Shown: positions 21,930 through 33,692, numbered from the stretch's first letter. The stretch: 64,000 bases of DNA from Prochlorococcus sp. AG-449-O05 (GCA_003212195.1 QCQM01000001.1:42378-106377), one strand, 5' to 3'. The notes: generated by a model from the letters alone, not told the origin. A program made the numbers and translations.

Positions 21930-23258
21930 ATGGCTATACGATTAGTTTTAGTAAGGCATGGACTAAGCAGTTTCAATGCAAAAGGATTAATTCAAGGAAG
22001 AACAGATGATTCATTATTAACTGATGAAGGATATGAACAAGCCAGGAAAGCAGGAAAAGCATTATCAAAAATAAACTTCGATAAAATCTACTCCTCCCCA
22101 CTTGTGAGAGCGGCAGAGACTGCAAAAACAATTAAAAAGACCTTCAATAAAGAACAAAATATCGTATTCGATGATAATTTGCTAGAGGTAGATCTTAGTG
22201 AATGGTCTGGCCTAAAAATTGATGAAATAAAAAAGAAATTTCCAGAAATTTACCCTATATGGAAAAATGATCCAGAAAATCTAATCTTAAAAAGAAATGA
22301 CAATAAAACTTATAAACCAATTCAAGAGTTATTTTTTCAAGTAACAAATTTTGTAGAAGATATTTTAAAAATTTATCTCGACAAAGATGATATAAATATT
22401 TTAGTTGTAGGACATAATGCGATTCTCAGATGTTTAATCCTCTTGTTACTAGGAAAGCCTAAGCAAGGTTTTAGGAAGATAAGATTAGAAAATGCTTCTT
22501 TCTCGATACTCAATATTTCAAGGAAAGATAACTCTTTTAAGACCCAAATTGAATGCTTAAATCAAACTTCTCATCTAAATAAAAATATTCCAAATAAAAT
22601 TGGAGATTCTAGAATATTTCTAATAAGGCATGGTGAAACTAATTGGAACAAAGAAGGTAGATTTCAAGGTCAAATTGATATCCCTTTAAATGAAAACGGA
22701 AAAAATCAAGCTAGAAAGACTTTTGAATATCTGAGAAATATTTCTTTCAATAAGGCATTTTCAAGTTCAATGCATAGGCCTTATGAGACCGCACAAATAA
22801 TCCTCCAAAATAGCAAAAATTTAAAAATAGAAAAAATAGATTCACTTGTAGAGATTAGTCACGGATTGTGGGAGGGTAAACTGGAAGCAGAAATCAGAGA
22901 ACAATGGCCTGTTTTACTAAAAAATTGGCATGATAAACCAGAAGAAGTAATAATGCCCGAAGGTGAATCTATTAAAGATGTATCAGAAAGGTCCGTAGAA
23001 GCTTTTGACAAAATTTGTTCATCTCAAAAAGATAATGATCTAAGTCTTCTGGTTGCTCATGATGCAGTCAATAAAACTCTAATTTGCAATATCCTTGGGA
23101 TTAATTATTCAAATATTTGGATGATAAAACAAGGTAATGGTGGCATTACTATAATTGACCTTTTTAAAGATCCCAATAAGCCCCCTGTGATTAGCGCTCT
23201 AAACATTACAACTCACCTAGGAGGAATAATTGATTCAACTGCTTCAGGAGCACTTTGA
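21930..23258 (+). CDS. Tandem histidine-phosphatase protein (GpmB-like; probable phosphoserine phosphatase)
   Basis: Two RHG domains (LVRHG, LIRHGET), each with SS..R..ET and a second His (VVGH, VAHD). Confidence 0.85.
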   Translation: MAIRLVLVRHGLSSFNAKGLIQGRTDDSLLTDEGYEQARKAGKALSKINFDKIYSSPLVRAAETAKTIKKTFNKEQNIVFDDNLLEVDLSEWSGLKIDEIKKKFPEIYPIWKNDPENLILKRNDNKTYKPIQELFFQVTNFVEDILKIYLDKDDINILVVGHNAILRCLILLLLGKPKQGFRKIRLENASFSILNISRKDNSFKTQIECLNQTSHLNKNIPNKIGDSRIFLIRHGETNWNKEGRFQGQIDIPLNENGKNQARKTFEYLRNISFNKAFSSSMHRPYETAQIILQNSKNLKIEKIDSLVEISHGLWEGKLEAEIREQWPVLLKNWHDKPEEVIMPEGESIKDVSERSVEAFDKICSSQKDNDLSLLVAHDAVNKTLICNILGINYSNIWMIKQGNGGITIIDLFKDPNKPPVISALNITTHLGGIIDSTASGAL

Positions 23259-23304
23259 ATTAAAACCCTTTTAAAATTTATTTTGATAGAGTCAGAATAT
23301 AGTT

Positions 23305-23964
23305 TTATTTATTGAAAAAGCCAACTTGAGTAAGAGGCCAAAATCTGAAATATGCTTTACCAATTATCTCCTTTTTATGAAGAAATTTACTTCCAGGCCA
23401 ATATCTACCATCCCAGCTATTTGACCTATTATCCCCTAAAACTAAAAAATGATCCTCAGGCACTTTTATATTTTCAAATTTGCCGCATTTATTAAAGAGT
23501 GATAGTGAGCACTTATAAATGACATAAGGTTCAGGAATTAATTTATTATTAATTATTAATTCACCCTTCGTATTTACACTGACAATTTCCCCTGGAAGTG
23601 CCACCACTCTCTTAATATAAGCGTCACAAGCTTGATCCCTCAAACCAGGAACAAAAGACATCGGTGGAAAACTCATAAAAAAACAATATCTTTTTTTTGG
23701 TAGGGGCTTAGATCTTGATGAAATTAATTTTTCGTCAAAGGAGTAAGGTGAGTTAAAAACAACAATATCTCCTCTTTTTGGTGAAGATTTTCTTAGCGAA
23801 AATTTTTCAATAATTAGCCTATCGTTTATCTGTAATTCAGGGAGCATTGAACCAGAAGGGATATAACGTGGTTCTGCGAAAAAAGATCTACAAGAAGAAA
23901 CAAAAAAAGTTAATAGAATTAGTAGACCCCATTCTTTTAAAAAACTTTTAATAGAAGAATGCAT
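23305..23964 (-). CDS. lepB: Signal peptidase I
   Basis: IPSGSMLP (Ser), YIKRVV (Lys) and GDNRSNSWDGRYW. Confidence 0.94.
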   Translation of the reverse strand: MHSSIKSFLKEWGLLILLTFFVSSCRSFFAEPRYIPSGSMLPELQINDRLIIEKFSLRKSSPKRGDIVVFNSPYSFDEKLISSRSKPLPKKRYCFFMSFPPMSFVPGLRDQACDAYIKRVVALPGEIVSVNTKGELIINNKLIPEPYVIYKCSLSLFNKCGKFENIKVPEDHFLVLGDNRSNSWDGRYWPGSKFLHKKEIIGKAYFRFWPLTQVGFFNK

Positions 23965-23993
23965 AAAAATAATAAAGTTTTAATTTTTTAATC

Positions 23994-24350
23994 TTAAATA
24001 AATTGTTTGGCATATATATTTTCGTTAAATCCTAATATTACTTTTTTCTCTTCGTAAATCAAAAATGGTCTTTTTATTAATTTACCATCACTTAAAAGAA
24101 GTTGAATAATTTCTTCCCTTGATAAACCATAAATATCAAGATTAAGATTTTTAAAAGCTTTACCTCTTATATTAAAAATCTTTTTCTTATCATCAGAGTA
24201 TTGTTCTAAAGCTAGATTTAAAAAATTAACAAGTGGCGGTTCTTTTACGATATCAATTAATTGGAATTCGAAATCTTTGCTTTTAAGCCAGTTTGCAGCT
24301 TTTCTGCAAGTAGAGCATTTTAAATAACTATAAAAAATTATTTTTTTCAA
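23994..24350 (-). CDS. ArsC/Spx/MgsR-family protein
   Basis: CSTCRKA (CxxC) and LIKRP. Confidence 0.88.
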   Translation of the reverse strand: MKKIIFYSYLKCSTCRKAANWLKSKDFEFQLIDIVKEPPLVNFLNLALEQYSDDKKKIFNIRGKAFKNLNLDIYGLSREEIIQLLLSDGKLIKRPFLIYEEKKVILGFNENIYAKQFI

Positions 24351-24901
24351 TTTGATTTACTAATTTTTGATTTCTTAAGTACTTTAAAGTTTTTCTTTTT
24401 AAGGGGTATGCAACTTTTCAATAAATTTTCAACAACATCAAAATCCCTCCAACCCTCAATTTTAACTGTTCTTCCATCAAGACCTTTACTTGTCCTAAAA
24501 AATTCAGCAACATCCTCAAGCTGATTAGGAGCGATTTGATTAATACTCACTATATTTGCCTGTCTAGGATTAGCAATAGGCACACATAAAAGTTTCCCAT
24601 CATATGCTCCACAATCATGCATATCCAAAACGCCAATAGGTCTTGCTTTTATTAAACAACCAGCAAAAGTAGGTTCATCCATTATCACCATTGCATCAAG
24701 AGGAGCTCCATCATCAGCAAGGGTATTTGGTATAAAACCATAATCAAAAGGGTACCTAACTGAAGAATGCAATACTCTATCTAAGGCCATTATTCCTGCA
24801 TTAGAGCAATATTCATATTTATTCCTACTCCCTGCAGGTATTTCAACAACAATATTTACTATTCCCTTCATTGGAGATGGAGGTATTGAACTAAGGTCCA
24901 T
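24347..24901 (-). CDS. ppa: Family I inorganic pyrophosphatase paralogue with active-site substitutions
   Basis: EIPAGSRNKYE, LDR and YPFDYGFIPNT present, but DGAPLD and FFRTSK replace DGDPxD and FFxxYK. Confidence 0.85.
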   Translation of the reverse strand: MDLSSIPPSPMKGIVNIVVEIPAGSRNKYEYCSNAGIMALDRVLHSSVRYPFDYGFIPNTLADDGAPLDAMVIMDEPTFAGCLIKARPIGVLDMHDCGAYDGKLLCVPIANPRQANIVSINQIAPNQLEDVAEFFRTSKGLDGRTVKIEGWRDFDVVENLLKSCIPLKKKNFKVLKKSKISKSN

Positions 24902-25145
24902 CTTTTTTAAAATCGTGATTATGAATTATCTCATTTCCTTTAGGTAAAGGTCTTCCAATTAAAATGCTTATTGAAGGTAAAAAAATTGTCAAAAAGGCAA
25001 AAATAATACCCAAAGATGTTATTGATAAACTCCTTATACTTAAGGGGTCCTCATCATCTCTTTCAAAATCATTTCGAGCAGAACCATGAGTAGATTCTTC
25101 GCTTGATTTACTTTGAATAAACTGCTTTGATTTCGTGTAACTCAA
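24891..25145 (-). CDS. Small single-TM hypothetical protein
   Basis: 84-aa ORF with one hydrophobic helix, co-oriented with and overlapping ppa; TTG start. Confidence 0.65.
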   Translation of the reverse strand: MSYTKSKQFIQSKSSEESTHGSARNDFERDDEDPLSIRSLSITSLGIIFAFLTIFLPSISILIGRPLPKGNEIIHNHDFKKDGP

Positions 25146-25239
25146 GAACTCTTAATGGGGAAAGATTTAGGAGATAATTAAACATCAATATCCTACATTT
25201 AAAAAGTCAATAAATCAAAATATTGATTAATTTTTTTTA

Positions 25240-25590
25240 TTACTCTTTCTCTAGTAAAGACCTAATAGATTTGAGTTCATCGAGTATTTGTACCATTATA
25301 TTTTGAGCAGCGGAGGAAGGTGTATTAAAGACCTCTACAGTAACTTCCTTAATTCTTAAAATATCTTTTGCAAATCTTGCTACTTCATTAGGATGAAATT
25401 TTAAAGGATCTTTTTGATCAGTTCTAAATTCGGGATTTAATTTTCTTGGATTAAAGCTAGGGTTTAGATTTCTCAAATCTGTATTTGTATACCTATAGAC
25501 AGAAGCTCTTGATCTGTTTAGGAACTTTTGAACTTCATCAATACCAACTAATTCCTCTTCACTAGAAATATTTGACTCTATATTTTCCAT
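25240..25590 (-). CDS. Small putative DNA-binding protein with excisionase/AlpA-like winged HTH
   Basis: LVGIDEVQKFLNRSRASVYRY ... FHPNEV pattern; C-terminal coiled-coil-like segment. Confidence 0.7.
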   Translation of the reverse strand: MENIESNISSEEELVGIDEVQKFLNRSRASVYRYTNTDLRNLNPSFNPRKLNPEFRTDQKDPLKFHPNEVARFAKDILRIKEVTVEVFNTPSSAAQNIMVQILDELKSIRSLLEKE

Positions 25591-25764
25591 AATCTTAAGA
25601 AAATGTTTTAATAATAATGAACTTTTAAAAGAGTTTGAACTTCATTACTGAAGAAGTTAGCAGAAAGGATATTTTTAGACTAGCCGCGTTGAGGGACTCA
25701 AGACACTTTAAATTCTTTTTTCACCTTAGTTGATAAAATTAAATATTATTAAGGGATTTTTTAT

Positions 25765-27567
25765 ATGCGCGTGACAACCTCATTTCCTCTGGGGACGCTT
25801 CGTGACACACCTTCTGAAGCTGAGATTATTTCACATCAATTACTTTTAAAAGCTGGATATATTCGCAGAGTTAACAGCGGTATTTATGCATACATGCCAA
25901 TAATGCTTAGAGTTATTGAAAAAATATCTTCAATAATTGAGAGAGAACTTAATAGTATTGGTTGTACAAAATTACTATTACCCCAACTTCATCCTGCAGA
26001 TTTATGGAAAAAAAGTGAAAGGTGGCAAGGATATACTGCAGGGGAAGGAATAATGTTTAATCTCAAAGATAGACAGGGTAAAGAATTTGGTTTAGCTCCA
26101 ACTCACGAAGAGGTTATCACGAGTATTGCATCAGAGACCATCAACTCCTATAAGCAATTACCTCAATGTTTTTATCAAATTCAGACAAAATTTAGAGATG
26201 AAATACGGCCAAGATTTGGATTGATGAGAAGTAGAGAATTTATAATGAAAGATGGTTATTCTTTTCATTCTTCAGAAAGCGATCTGGCTTCTTTCTATGA
26301 AAAGGTGGGCAATGCTTATGAAAATATTTTTAAATCTTGTGGACTGCAAACAGTAGGGGTTGAAGCTGATAGTGGAGCAATTGGAGGTGCCTCCTCTAAA
26401 GAATTTATGGTCACTGCTGATGCGGGGGAAGATTCCATTTTGTTTACTCAAAGTGGTTCTTATGCTGCAAATATTGAAAAAGCTGTTTCTCTACCCTCTG
26501 AACCTATTCCACTTAAAGATAATATTGCAGAGTGGCTGGAAACACCTCAACAAAAAACAATCCTAGAAGTTTGCGAAAATAATAATTTAGACCCTAGTCA
26601 GATTATTAAAGTAGTAATATTCCTTGCACAGTTCGAAGATGAATTTGAGGTCCCAATTCTTGCATGCATAAGAGGCGATCAACACATTAATGAAGTAAAG
26701 CTTTTTAACTTAATAAATAAACTTCATAATTTCAATCTCCTTAATCTTAAAAAGATTGAAGACAAAAATACTGTCGAAAAAAATCTAGTTGATTTTCCCT
26801 TAGGTTTTATCGGGCCAGATTTAGATAATAAAACAATTAAATCTAGTTCTAATTGGGATAAAAAATGGACCAGAATAATTGACTATTCTGCAAGTGGCCT
26901 TTCAAACTTTATAAGTGGTGGGAATAAAGTTAATTTCCATAAAGTTTTTCAAGAATTTTCTTTTGCTTCGAAAGACTATCTAATTGAGGATATCAGGAAT
27001 GCAAAAAAAGGAGATAAAATAAGAAATGATGATGATGAGGAACTAAAAGAAAAAAAAGGTATAGAGATTGGACATATTTTCCAACTAGGTCAAAAATATA
27101 GTGCAAAATTAAATGCGAAGTTCTCTGATAAAGATGGTCATTTAAAAAATTTGTGGATGGGTTGTTATGGAATTGGAGTGACAAGAATAGCTCAAGCTGC
27201 TATCGAACAGAATCATGATCAAAAGGGAATTTGTTGGCCTATCCAGATTTCTCCTTTTGAAGTTATTATTATTCCGACAAACCTAAAAGATCCCATTCAA
27301 AGAGACCTTACTGAGCAAATCTATAACGACTTTTTAATTAATAAAATTGATGTCCTTCTTGATGATAGAAATGATAGAGCTGGAGTAAAATTTAAAGATG
27401 CAGAATTAATTGGTATTCCTTTTCAGATAATTATTGGCAGAGATTCTGTTAATAAGGAAGTTGAACTTTTATGCAGAATAAATAATACTAAGTTTAAAAT
27501 TAGTACTGAGAAATTGTTGGAAACATATATTTCCGAATCAGAAATAATGTACAATAAGAAGTCTTAA
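25765..27567 (+). CDS. proS: Proline--tRNA ligase
   Basis: LAPTHEE, KFRDEIRPRFGLMRSREF, GIEIGHIFQLG and MGCYGIG. Confidence 0.97.
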   Translation: MRVTTSFPLGTLRDTPSEAEIISHQLLLKAGYIRRVNSGIYAYMPIMLRVIEKISSIIERELNSIGCTKLLLPQLHPADLWKKSERWQGYTAGEGIMFNLKDRQGKEFGLAPTHEEVITSIASETINSYKQLPQCFYQIQTKFRDEIRPRFGLMRSREFIMKDGYSFHSSESDLASFYEKVGNAYENIFKSCGLQTVGVEADSGAIGGASSKEFMVTADAGEDSILFTQSGSYAANIEKAVSLPSEPIPLKDNIAEWLETPQQKTILEVCENNNLDPSQIIKVVIFLAQFEDEFEVPILACIRGDQHINEVKLFNLINKLHNFNLLNLKKIEDKNTVEKNLVDFPLGFIGPDLDNKTIKSSSNWDKKWTRIIDYSASGLSNFISGGNKVNFHKVFQEFSFASKDYLIEDIRNAKKGDKIRNDDDEELKEKKGIEIGHIFQLGQKYSAKLNAKFSDKDGHLKNLWMGCYGIGVTRIAQAAIEQNHDQKGICWPIQISPFEVIIIPTNLKDPIQRDLTEQIYNDFLINKIDVLLDDRNDRAGVKFKDAELIGIPFQIIIGRDSVNKEVELLCRINNTKFKISTEKLLETYISESEIMYNKKS

Positions 27568-27593
27568 GGTTTATTTTTTTTGGGAGCTAAGTT

Positions 27594-28031
27594 ATGTTAC
27601 TTAAATGGTCATCAAAATTATTTACAGAAAATCTTACCAAAGCTATATCTTTTTCAATATCTTTGATTGTTGCTTTTACACTTTTTAGTTCCCCTTCTAT
27701 AGCTGCAAAAACCTCTATGACAGGTGACTATACAAAAGATACAATTTCAGTTGTTAAAACATTACAAACAGCTGTTGATACTCCAAAAGATTCTCCAAAT
27801 AAAGATGAAGTAAGAAGTGAGGCTCTTACACTAATAACTGACTATATTTCCAGATACAGAAATAGAGGGATGGTGAATAAAACTCAATCATTTACTACCA
27901 TGCAAACAGCATTAAATGCTATGGCAGGTCATTACAAAAACTTTGCAAGTAGACCTTTACCAGATAAACTTAAGGAGCGTTTAACCAAAGAATTTTCTCT
28001 TGCTGAAAAAATGGTTCTAAGAGAAAGTTGA
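27594..28031 (+). CDS. psb27: Photosystem II assembly protein Psb27
   Basis: Signal peptide, TGDYTKDT, YISRYR and SFTTMQTALNAMAGHY. Confidence 0.93.
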   Translation: MLLKWSSKLFTENLTKAISFSISLIVAFTLFSSPSIAAKTSMTGDYTKDTISVVKTLQTAVDTPKDSPNKDEVRSEALTLITDYISRYRNRGMVNKTQSFTTMQTALNAMAGHYKNFASRPLPDKLKERLTKEFSLAEKMVLRES

Positions 28032-28058
28032 TACAATTCATTTACTTTTTAAAAGTAA

Positions 28059-29423
<1,365 letters not shown>

Positions 29424-29438
29424 TTTAGTTCCAAATTA

Positions 29439-30440
29439 ATGAAGGAATCCTTTAGACATTTTGAAAAGAAGAAAGTTGATCTCATTGGCCTGGGCAACGC
29501 AATAGTAGATATTATTGTAAATATTGATGATGAGTTTCTTGAGATAAATAATCTGGATAAAGGATCAATGAATCTAATTAATTCTGATGAATCTCAAAGA
29601 TTATTAGAAAATTGCAAAGTGATCAAACAAATTTCAGGTGGGTCCTCAGCAAATACCGTTGTTTCTTTAGCAGAATTAGGCAACTATGTGCAATTTATAG
29701 GAAGAGTGAAAAATGATCAATTTGGGAATTTCTTTTCTGACGATATAAAAAAAAGTAAAACTATATTTAATACTCCACCAACTATTGAAGGTGCTCCAAC
29801 AGCTCATTCAATCATTTTGGTTACACCTGATGCACAAAGAACTATGTGCACTTACCTAGGAGCATCTGTAGAGTTTGAACCAAAAGACATTGACTTTACT
29901 GTAATTAAAGAAAGTAAATACTTATATTTAGAAGGATATTTATGGGACAGCGAATTAGCTAAAAAAGCTTTTATTAAAGCCGCCCAAATTGCAAAACAAT
30001 CTAATACAAAAATAATCCTTTCTTTGTCTGATTCATTTTGTGTAGATAGACATCGTGAGAGTTTCTTGGAATTAATTTATGAATATGTAGATATTGTGTT
30101 TTGTAATGAATCCGAGGTATTAAGTCTATTTGAAAATGATAAATTAGCAAACTGCCAAGAAGACCTATCTTCCTTATGTGAATTAGTAATAGTAACTCTT
30201 GGAAGAAATGGTTCTCTCATAGTTAACAAAAATAATGTTGAAATAATTGAGTCAATAACGAAAGGCAAGATTATTGATACTACAGGAGCGGGAGATATCT
30301 ATGCTGGAGGATTTATCCATGGATTAATAAACAATTGTTCCCTCAAAAAATGCGGAGAGATAGCTTCAATTTGTGCAGGGCAAATAATTACTCAATTAGG
30401 ATCTAGATCGGATATTGATCTTAAAGAGTTAATAAAATAG
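29439..30440 (+). CDS. PfkB-family carbohydrate/adenosine kinase
   Basis: GNAIVD, SGGSSAN, NESE and DTTGAGD. Confidence 0.9.
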   Translation: MKESFRHFEKKKVDLIGLGNAIVDIIVNIDDEFLEINNLDKGSMNLINSDESQRLLENCKVIKQISGGSSANTVVSLAELGNYVQFIGRVKNDQFGNFFSDDIKKSKTIFNTPPTIEGAPTAHSIILVTPDAQRTMCTYLGASVEFEPKDIDFTVIKESKYLYLEGYLWDSELAKKAFIKAAQIAKQSNTKIILSLSDSFCVDRHRESFLELIYEYVDIVFCNESEVLSLFENDKLANCQEDLSSLCELVIVTLGRNGSLIVNKNNVEIIESITKGKIIDTTGAGDIYAGGFIHGLINNCSLKKCGEIASICAGQIITQLGSRSDIDLKELIK

Positions 30441-30445
30441 ATTAA

Positions 30446-30751
30446 TTAAATAGTCTTATTCAACCAATCATAATATTTCATCTCAGCATGGTATTTTTTG
30501 TAAATAATCTGAGGGACATCATGTGTGGAATTTTTATTTACGAAATCAATTAAACAATCTTTAAATTCTAGTTTACTTTTTATTGATATTTCAAACTCTT
30601 TAGTTTCTTCAATATCATCATCCCACTTATAAGTTGAAAAAATTTGCTTTATCGAAACACAAGCTGCAAGTTTATTTTGTATTAGTAATTTAGCCATTCG
30701 CAAAGCATTTGCGTTACTTGATTCAGTTGTGATCATAACTAATATTTCCAT
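30446..30751 (-). CDS. cutA: Divalent-cation tolerance protein CutA
   Basis: KLAACV, STYKW and DVPQII. Confidence 0.88.
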   Translation of the reverse strand: MEILVMITTESSNANALRMAKLLIQNKLAACVSIKQIFSTYKWDDDIEETKEFEISIKSKLEFKDCLIDFVNKNSTHDVPQIIYKKYHAEMKYYDWLNKTI

Positions 30752-30764
30752 AATGAATTAAACA

Positions 30765-31562
30765 TCAATATTTTTTAATTATGTGATTTATCAAATTGTG
30801 ATATTTATCAAAAGAGTAAGAATAATCATTTTTAACTTTCGGCCTTTTAACCAAAAATAACTTCATCTTACTTCCAGAAACTATACTCTCCCAGTTTTTC
30901 TGAGAATAACTCCCAGATTCTCTGCATAGAACATAATCTATCTCCCAAAAATCACAAAGTTTTTTTTCTAAAGTGCTTTTATTATTTTTACTCGGTTCAA
31001 GTATCGCTATATTTGCATTTTTAATACATGATCCAAAAGCTTTAGTTATACTCTCATAAGTTGGAAGTACCCTTGTAAATACATTTGCTTTACTATTAAT
31101 ATAATAACTAGCTGTATCGTTAAGGAATCTTGATCCTATTGCAAGAAGAATATTCTTATTTTCTATATCAACATTATTTATATCCTTTAAATGATCAATA
31201 TAAAAAAAATTATTAGTGTTATTTATTAGAGATTTCCTCTCAAAAAGTAAAAGAGGTGTATTAATTTCTTTACATGCATTATTAAGATTTTTAGAAATTA
31301 TTACGGCAAACGGATGAGTAGCATCGACAACGCATGTAATTTTATTTTTATTTATGAAATTAATTATTTGATCTTTATTATTTAATTTCCCCGTAATGAT
31401 ATGTAACTTTGGATTTTCAATATAAGCTTGCCCTGCTTTATAAGTTAAAACACTTGCAAAGACTGAATAATTAAGTTCAAGAAGCCTATTAGCTATTTCA
31501 GGTCCATCCGAAGTTCCTGATAGGATCCAAACATTTTTATAGCAATTTCCTTGATTCTGCAT
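30765..31562 (-). CDS. cobK: Precorrin-6A/cobalt-precorrin-6A reductase
   Basis: LSGTSDG, VDATHPFA..IS, RVLP and CRESG. Confidence 0.9.
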   Translation of the reverse strand: MQNQGNCYKNVWILSGTSDGPEIANRLLELNYSVFASVLTYKAGQAYIENPKLHIITGKLNNKDQIINFINKNKITCVVDATHPFAVIISKNLNNACKEINTPLLLFERKSLINNTNNFFYIDHLKDINNVDIENKNILLAIGSRFLNDTASYYINSKANVFTRVLPTYESITKAFGSCIKNANIAILEPSKNNKSTLEKKLCDFWEIDYVLCRESGSYSQKNWESIVSGSKMKLFLVKRPKVKNDYSYSFDKYHNLINHIIKKY

Positions 31563-31590
31563 CAGTATGTCTTTAATTAAATTGTAAGTA

Positions 31591-32016
31591 ATGAATCATT
31601 GTTTAATTCAGGCGGTCATTAATAGCACTCCCCAAATGAGGTATACCAAAGAAAACCAAACTCCAATTGCAGAAATGATTGTTAATTTTAAAGGATTACG
31701 TAGTGAAGATCCAACCAGAGATCTCAAGATCATAGGATGGGGAAATATTGCCCAAGAAATGGTAGATGAACTAAAGGAGGGGCAAAATATTGTTATTGAG
31801 GGACGTCTAAAGATGAATTCTGTCACTAGAAAAGACGGAACTAAAGAAAAACAACCAGAACTAACAGCTTCAAAAATTCATCAAATATCGCCAGTTGAGG
31901 TTATTAAGTCTGATCGAAAAGAAAATAATGAGTCATTTGAAAATAAAGAAACCACCAAAAAATCTAGTTGGGATAGTTCACCTTTAGTACCTGAAGTGGA
32001 CGAAATACCTTTTTAA
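31591..32016 (+). CDS. ssb: Single-stranded DNA-binding protein family
   Basis: PQMRYT, IEGRL and acidic DEIPF tail. Confidence 0.85.
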   Translation: MNHCLIQAVINSTPQMRYTKENQTPIAEMIVNFKGLRSEDPTRDLKIIGWGNIAQEMVDELKEGQNIVIEGRLKMNSVTRKDGTKEKQPELTASKIHQISPVEVIKSDRKENNESFENKETTKKSSWDSSPLVPEVDEIPF

Positions 32017-32017
32017 A

Positions 32018-32200
32018 TCAAATATCAACATTATTTTCTTGAACACTTATAATAAATTTGCTTATTTTTCTTTCAAGCGCGGCAAGTTCGCTTCTGATTT
32101 CTGGCCATTTACCCTTATCAAGATTTTCTAGTAGCCATGCTCTATCTTGATCAAGTTTAAAAATTAAATCTCCTTGATTTGCAGTATTAGGATCTTGCAT
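32018..32200 (-). CDS. Small hypothetical protein
   Basis: 60-aa ATG ORF filling the gap between ssb and the next gene; LDQDRAWLL..WPEIR..LAALER. Confidence 0.7.
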   Translation of the reverse strand: MQDPNTANQGDLIFKLDQDRAWLLENLDKGKWPEIRSELAALERKISKFIISVQENNVDI

Positions 32201-32242
32201 AATAACTATTAGCCTATTTAAAACTAATTCTACTAAATCAAA

Positions 32243-32773
32243 ATGAAGAAATACTTATCGCCTGGGAACTTAATCGTAACGGCTGGGGGTATATTAGCTT
32301 TTGTTGGAATGACTGCTTATTTTACAGACTCAGTGAATTTAAGTGTACCTACTTTTTTTTATGGAGTACCTATTTTCCTAATTGGCTTAGGCTTAAAGAC
32401 TTCCGAAATACCTCCTGTAGAGTTATTTGACAAGACAAATTTTGCGACAAATAAATTTAATAGACCAAAAGAACTAACAGCATTAGTTAAAGATGTTACG
32501 AGATGGAGGTATGGGATAAAAGCTCATCTTGAATCGTCATTAGAATCTTTAAATTTGTGGGACGAGGATAACCCCCCTCAATTAAAAGAAATAGAAGAAA
32601 TTACAAAGGAAGAAAAAAATGGTCTCAGAATGCGTTTCGAATTAAACGCTGTCCCTCTAGAAAAATGGATTGAAAAACAAGAGCGATTAAATAGGTTTTT
32701 CGTCAAAGGTCTTGAATCAGAATTTATTATCGACGATAATAAAAAAGAATTTGATTTTATTCTCTTTTATTGA
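32243..32773 (+). CDS. DUF2854 family membrane protein
   Basis: Two N-terminal TMs, FFYGVPI.L.GL.LK and KDVTRWRYG..AHL. Confidence 0.8.
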   Translation: MKKYLSPGNLIVTAGGILAFVGMTAYFTDSVNLSVPTFFYGVPIFLIGLGLKTSEIPPVELFDKTNFATNKFNRPKELTALVKDVTRWRYGIKAHLESSLESLNLWDEDNPPQLKEIEEITKEEKNGLRMRFELNAVPLEKWIEKQERLNRFFVKGLESEFIIDDNKKEFDFILFY

Positions 32774-32837
32774 ATATAGGGATATATTTGTAAAAACCTA
32801 ATTTCTCAATTCAATAAAGTTTTAATGAATTTTAATA

Positions 32838-33689
32838 ATGAATGATTCTCAAAGAGTATCAATATTAAGCGAAGCACTTCCATATATACAAAGTTTCTCA
32901 GGTAGAAAAATTGTTATAAAGTATGGTGGTTCTGTTATGGAGAATGATAATTTAAAAAATGCTTTTTTTAGAGACATTGCACTTTTATCAACCGTTGGGG
33001 TTTGTCCGATAGTAATTCATGGAGGTGGACCAGAGATTAATAATTGGTTAAAGAAATTAGAAATATCTCCTAAATTCGAAAATGGATTAAGAATTACTGA
33101 TCAAAAAACAATGGAAATTGTCGAAATGGTTCTAATGGGTAGAGTTAATAAACAAATTGTAAAAGGGATTAATAAAACTGGATCCTTAGCTGTGGGAATA
33201 TCAGGTCTTGATGGCAACTTAATTCAATCTAGAGAACTAGGAGATGGTAGTCATGGGTTAGTGGGAGAGGTTACAAAAATCAATCCTGAAATATTAGATC
33301 CTCTTATTTCTAAAGGATACATCCCAATTATTTCTAGCATTGGATCAACCTTGGAGGGTATTTCCCATAACATTAATGCAGATTTTGTTGCTGGAGAAAT
33401 TGCTGCTGCAATAAATGCAGAAAAACTTATTCTTCTTACTGATACTCAAGGTATTTTAAAAGAAAAAGAAAACAAAAATAGTCTTGTTGAAAAAACTAAT
33501 CTCAAAGAGGCAAGGGATTTTATTGATAAAAAAATTGTGACTGAAGGTATGATTCCAAAGACAGAATGCTGTATAAGAGCTTTAGCCCAAGGAGTCAAAG
33601 CAGCTCACATAATTGATGGAAGAATAGAACATTCATTACTTCTTGAGATTTTTACAAATTCCGGAATAGGTACAATGATAGTCGCCTAA
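32838..33689 (+). CDS. argB: Acetylglutamate kinase
   Basis: [18 protein letters not shown] and GMIPK. Confidence 0.96.
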   Translation: MNDSQRVSILSEALPYIQSFSGRKIVIKYGGSVMENDNLKNAFFRDIALLSTVGVCPIVIHGGGPEINNWLKKLEISPKFENGLRITDQKTMEIVEMVLMGRVNKQIVKGINKTGSLAVGISGLDGNLIQSRELGDGSHGLVGEVTKINPEILDPLISKGYIPIISSIGSTLEGISHNINADFVAGEIAAAINAEKLILLTDTQGILKEKENKNSLVEKTNLKEARDFIDKKIVTEGMIPKTECCIRALAQGVKAAHIIDGRIEHSLLLEIFTNSGIGTMIVA

Positions 33690-33692
33690 CCC

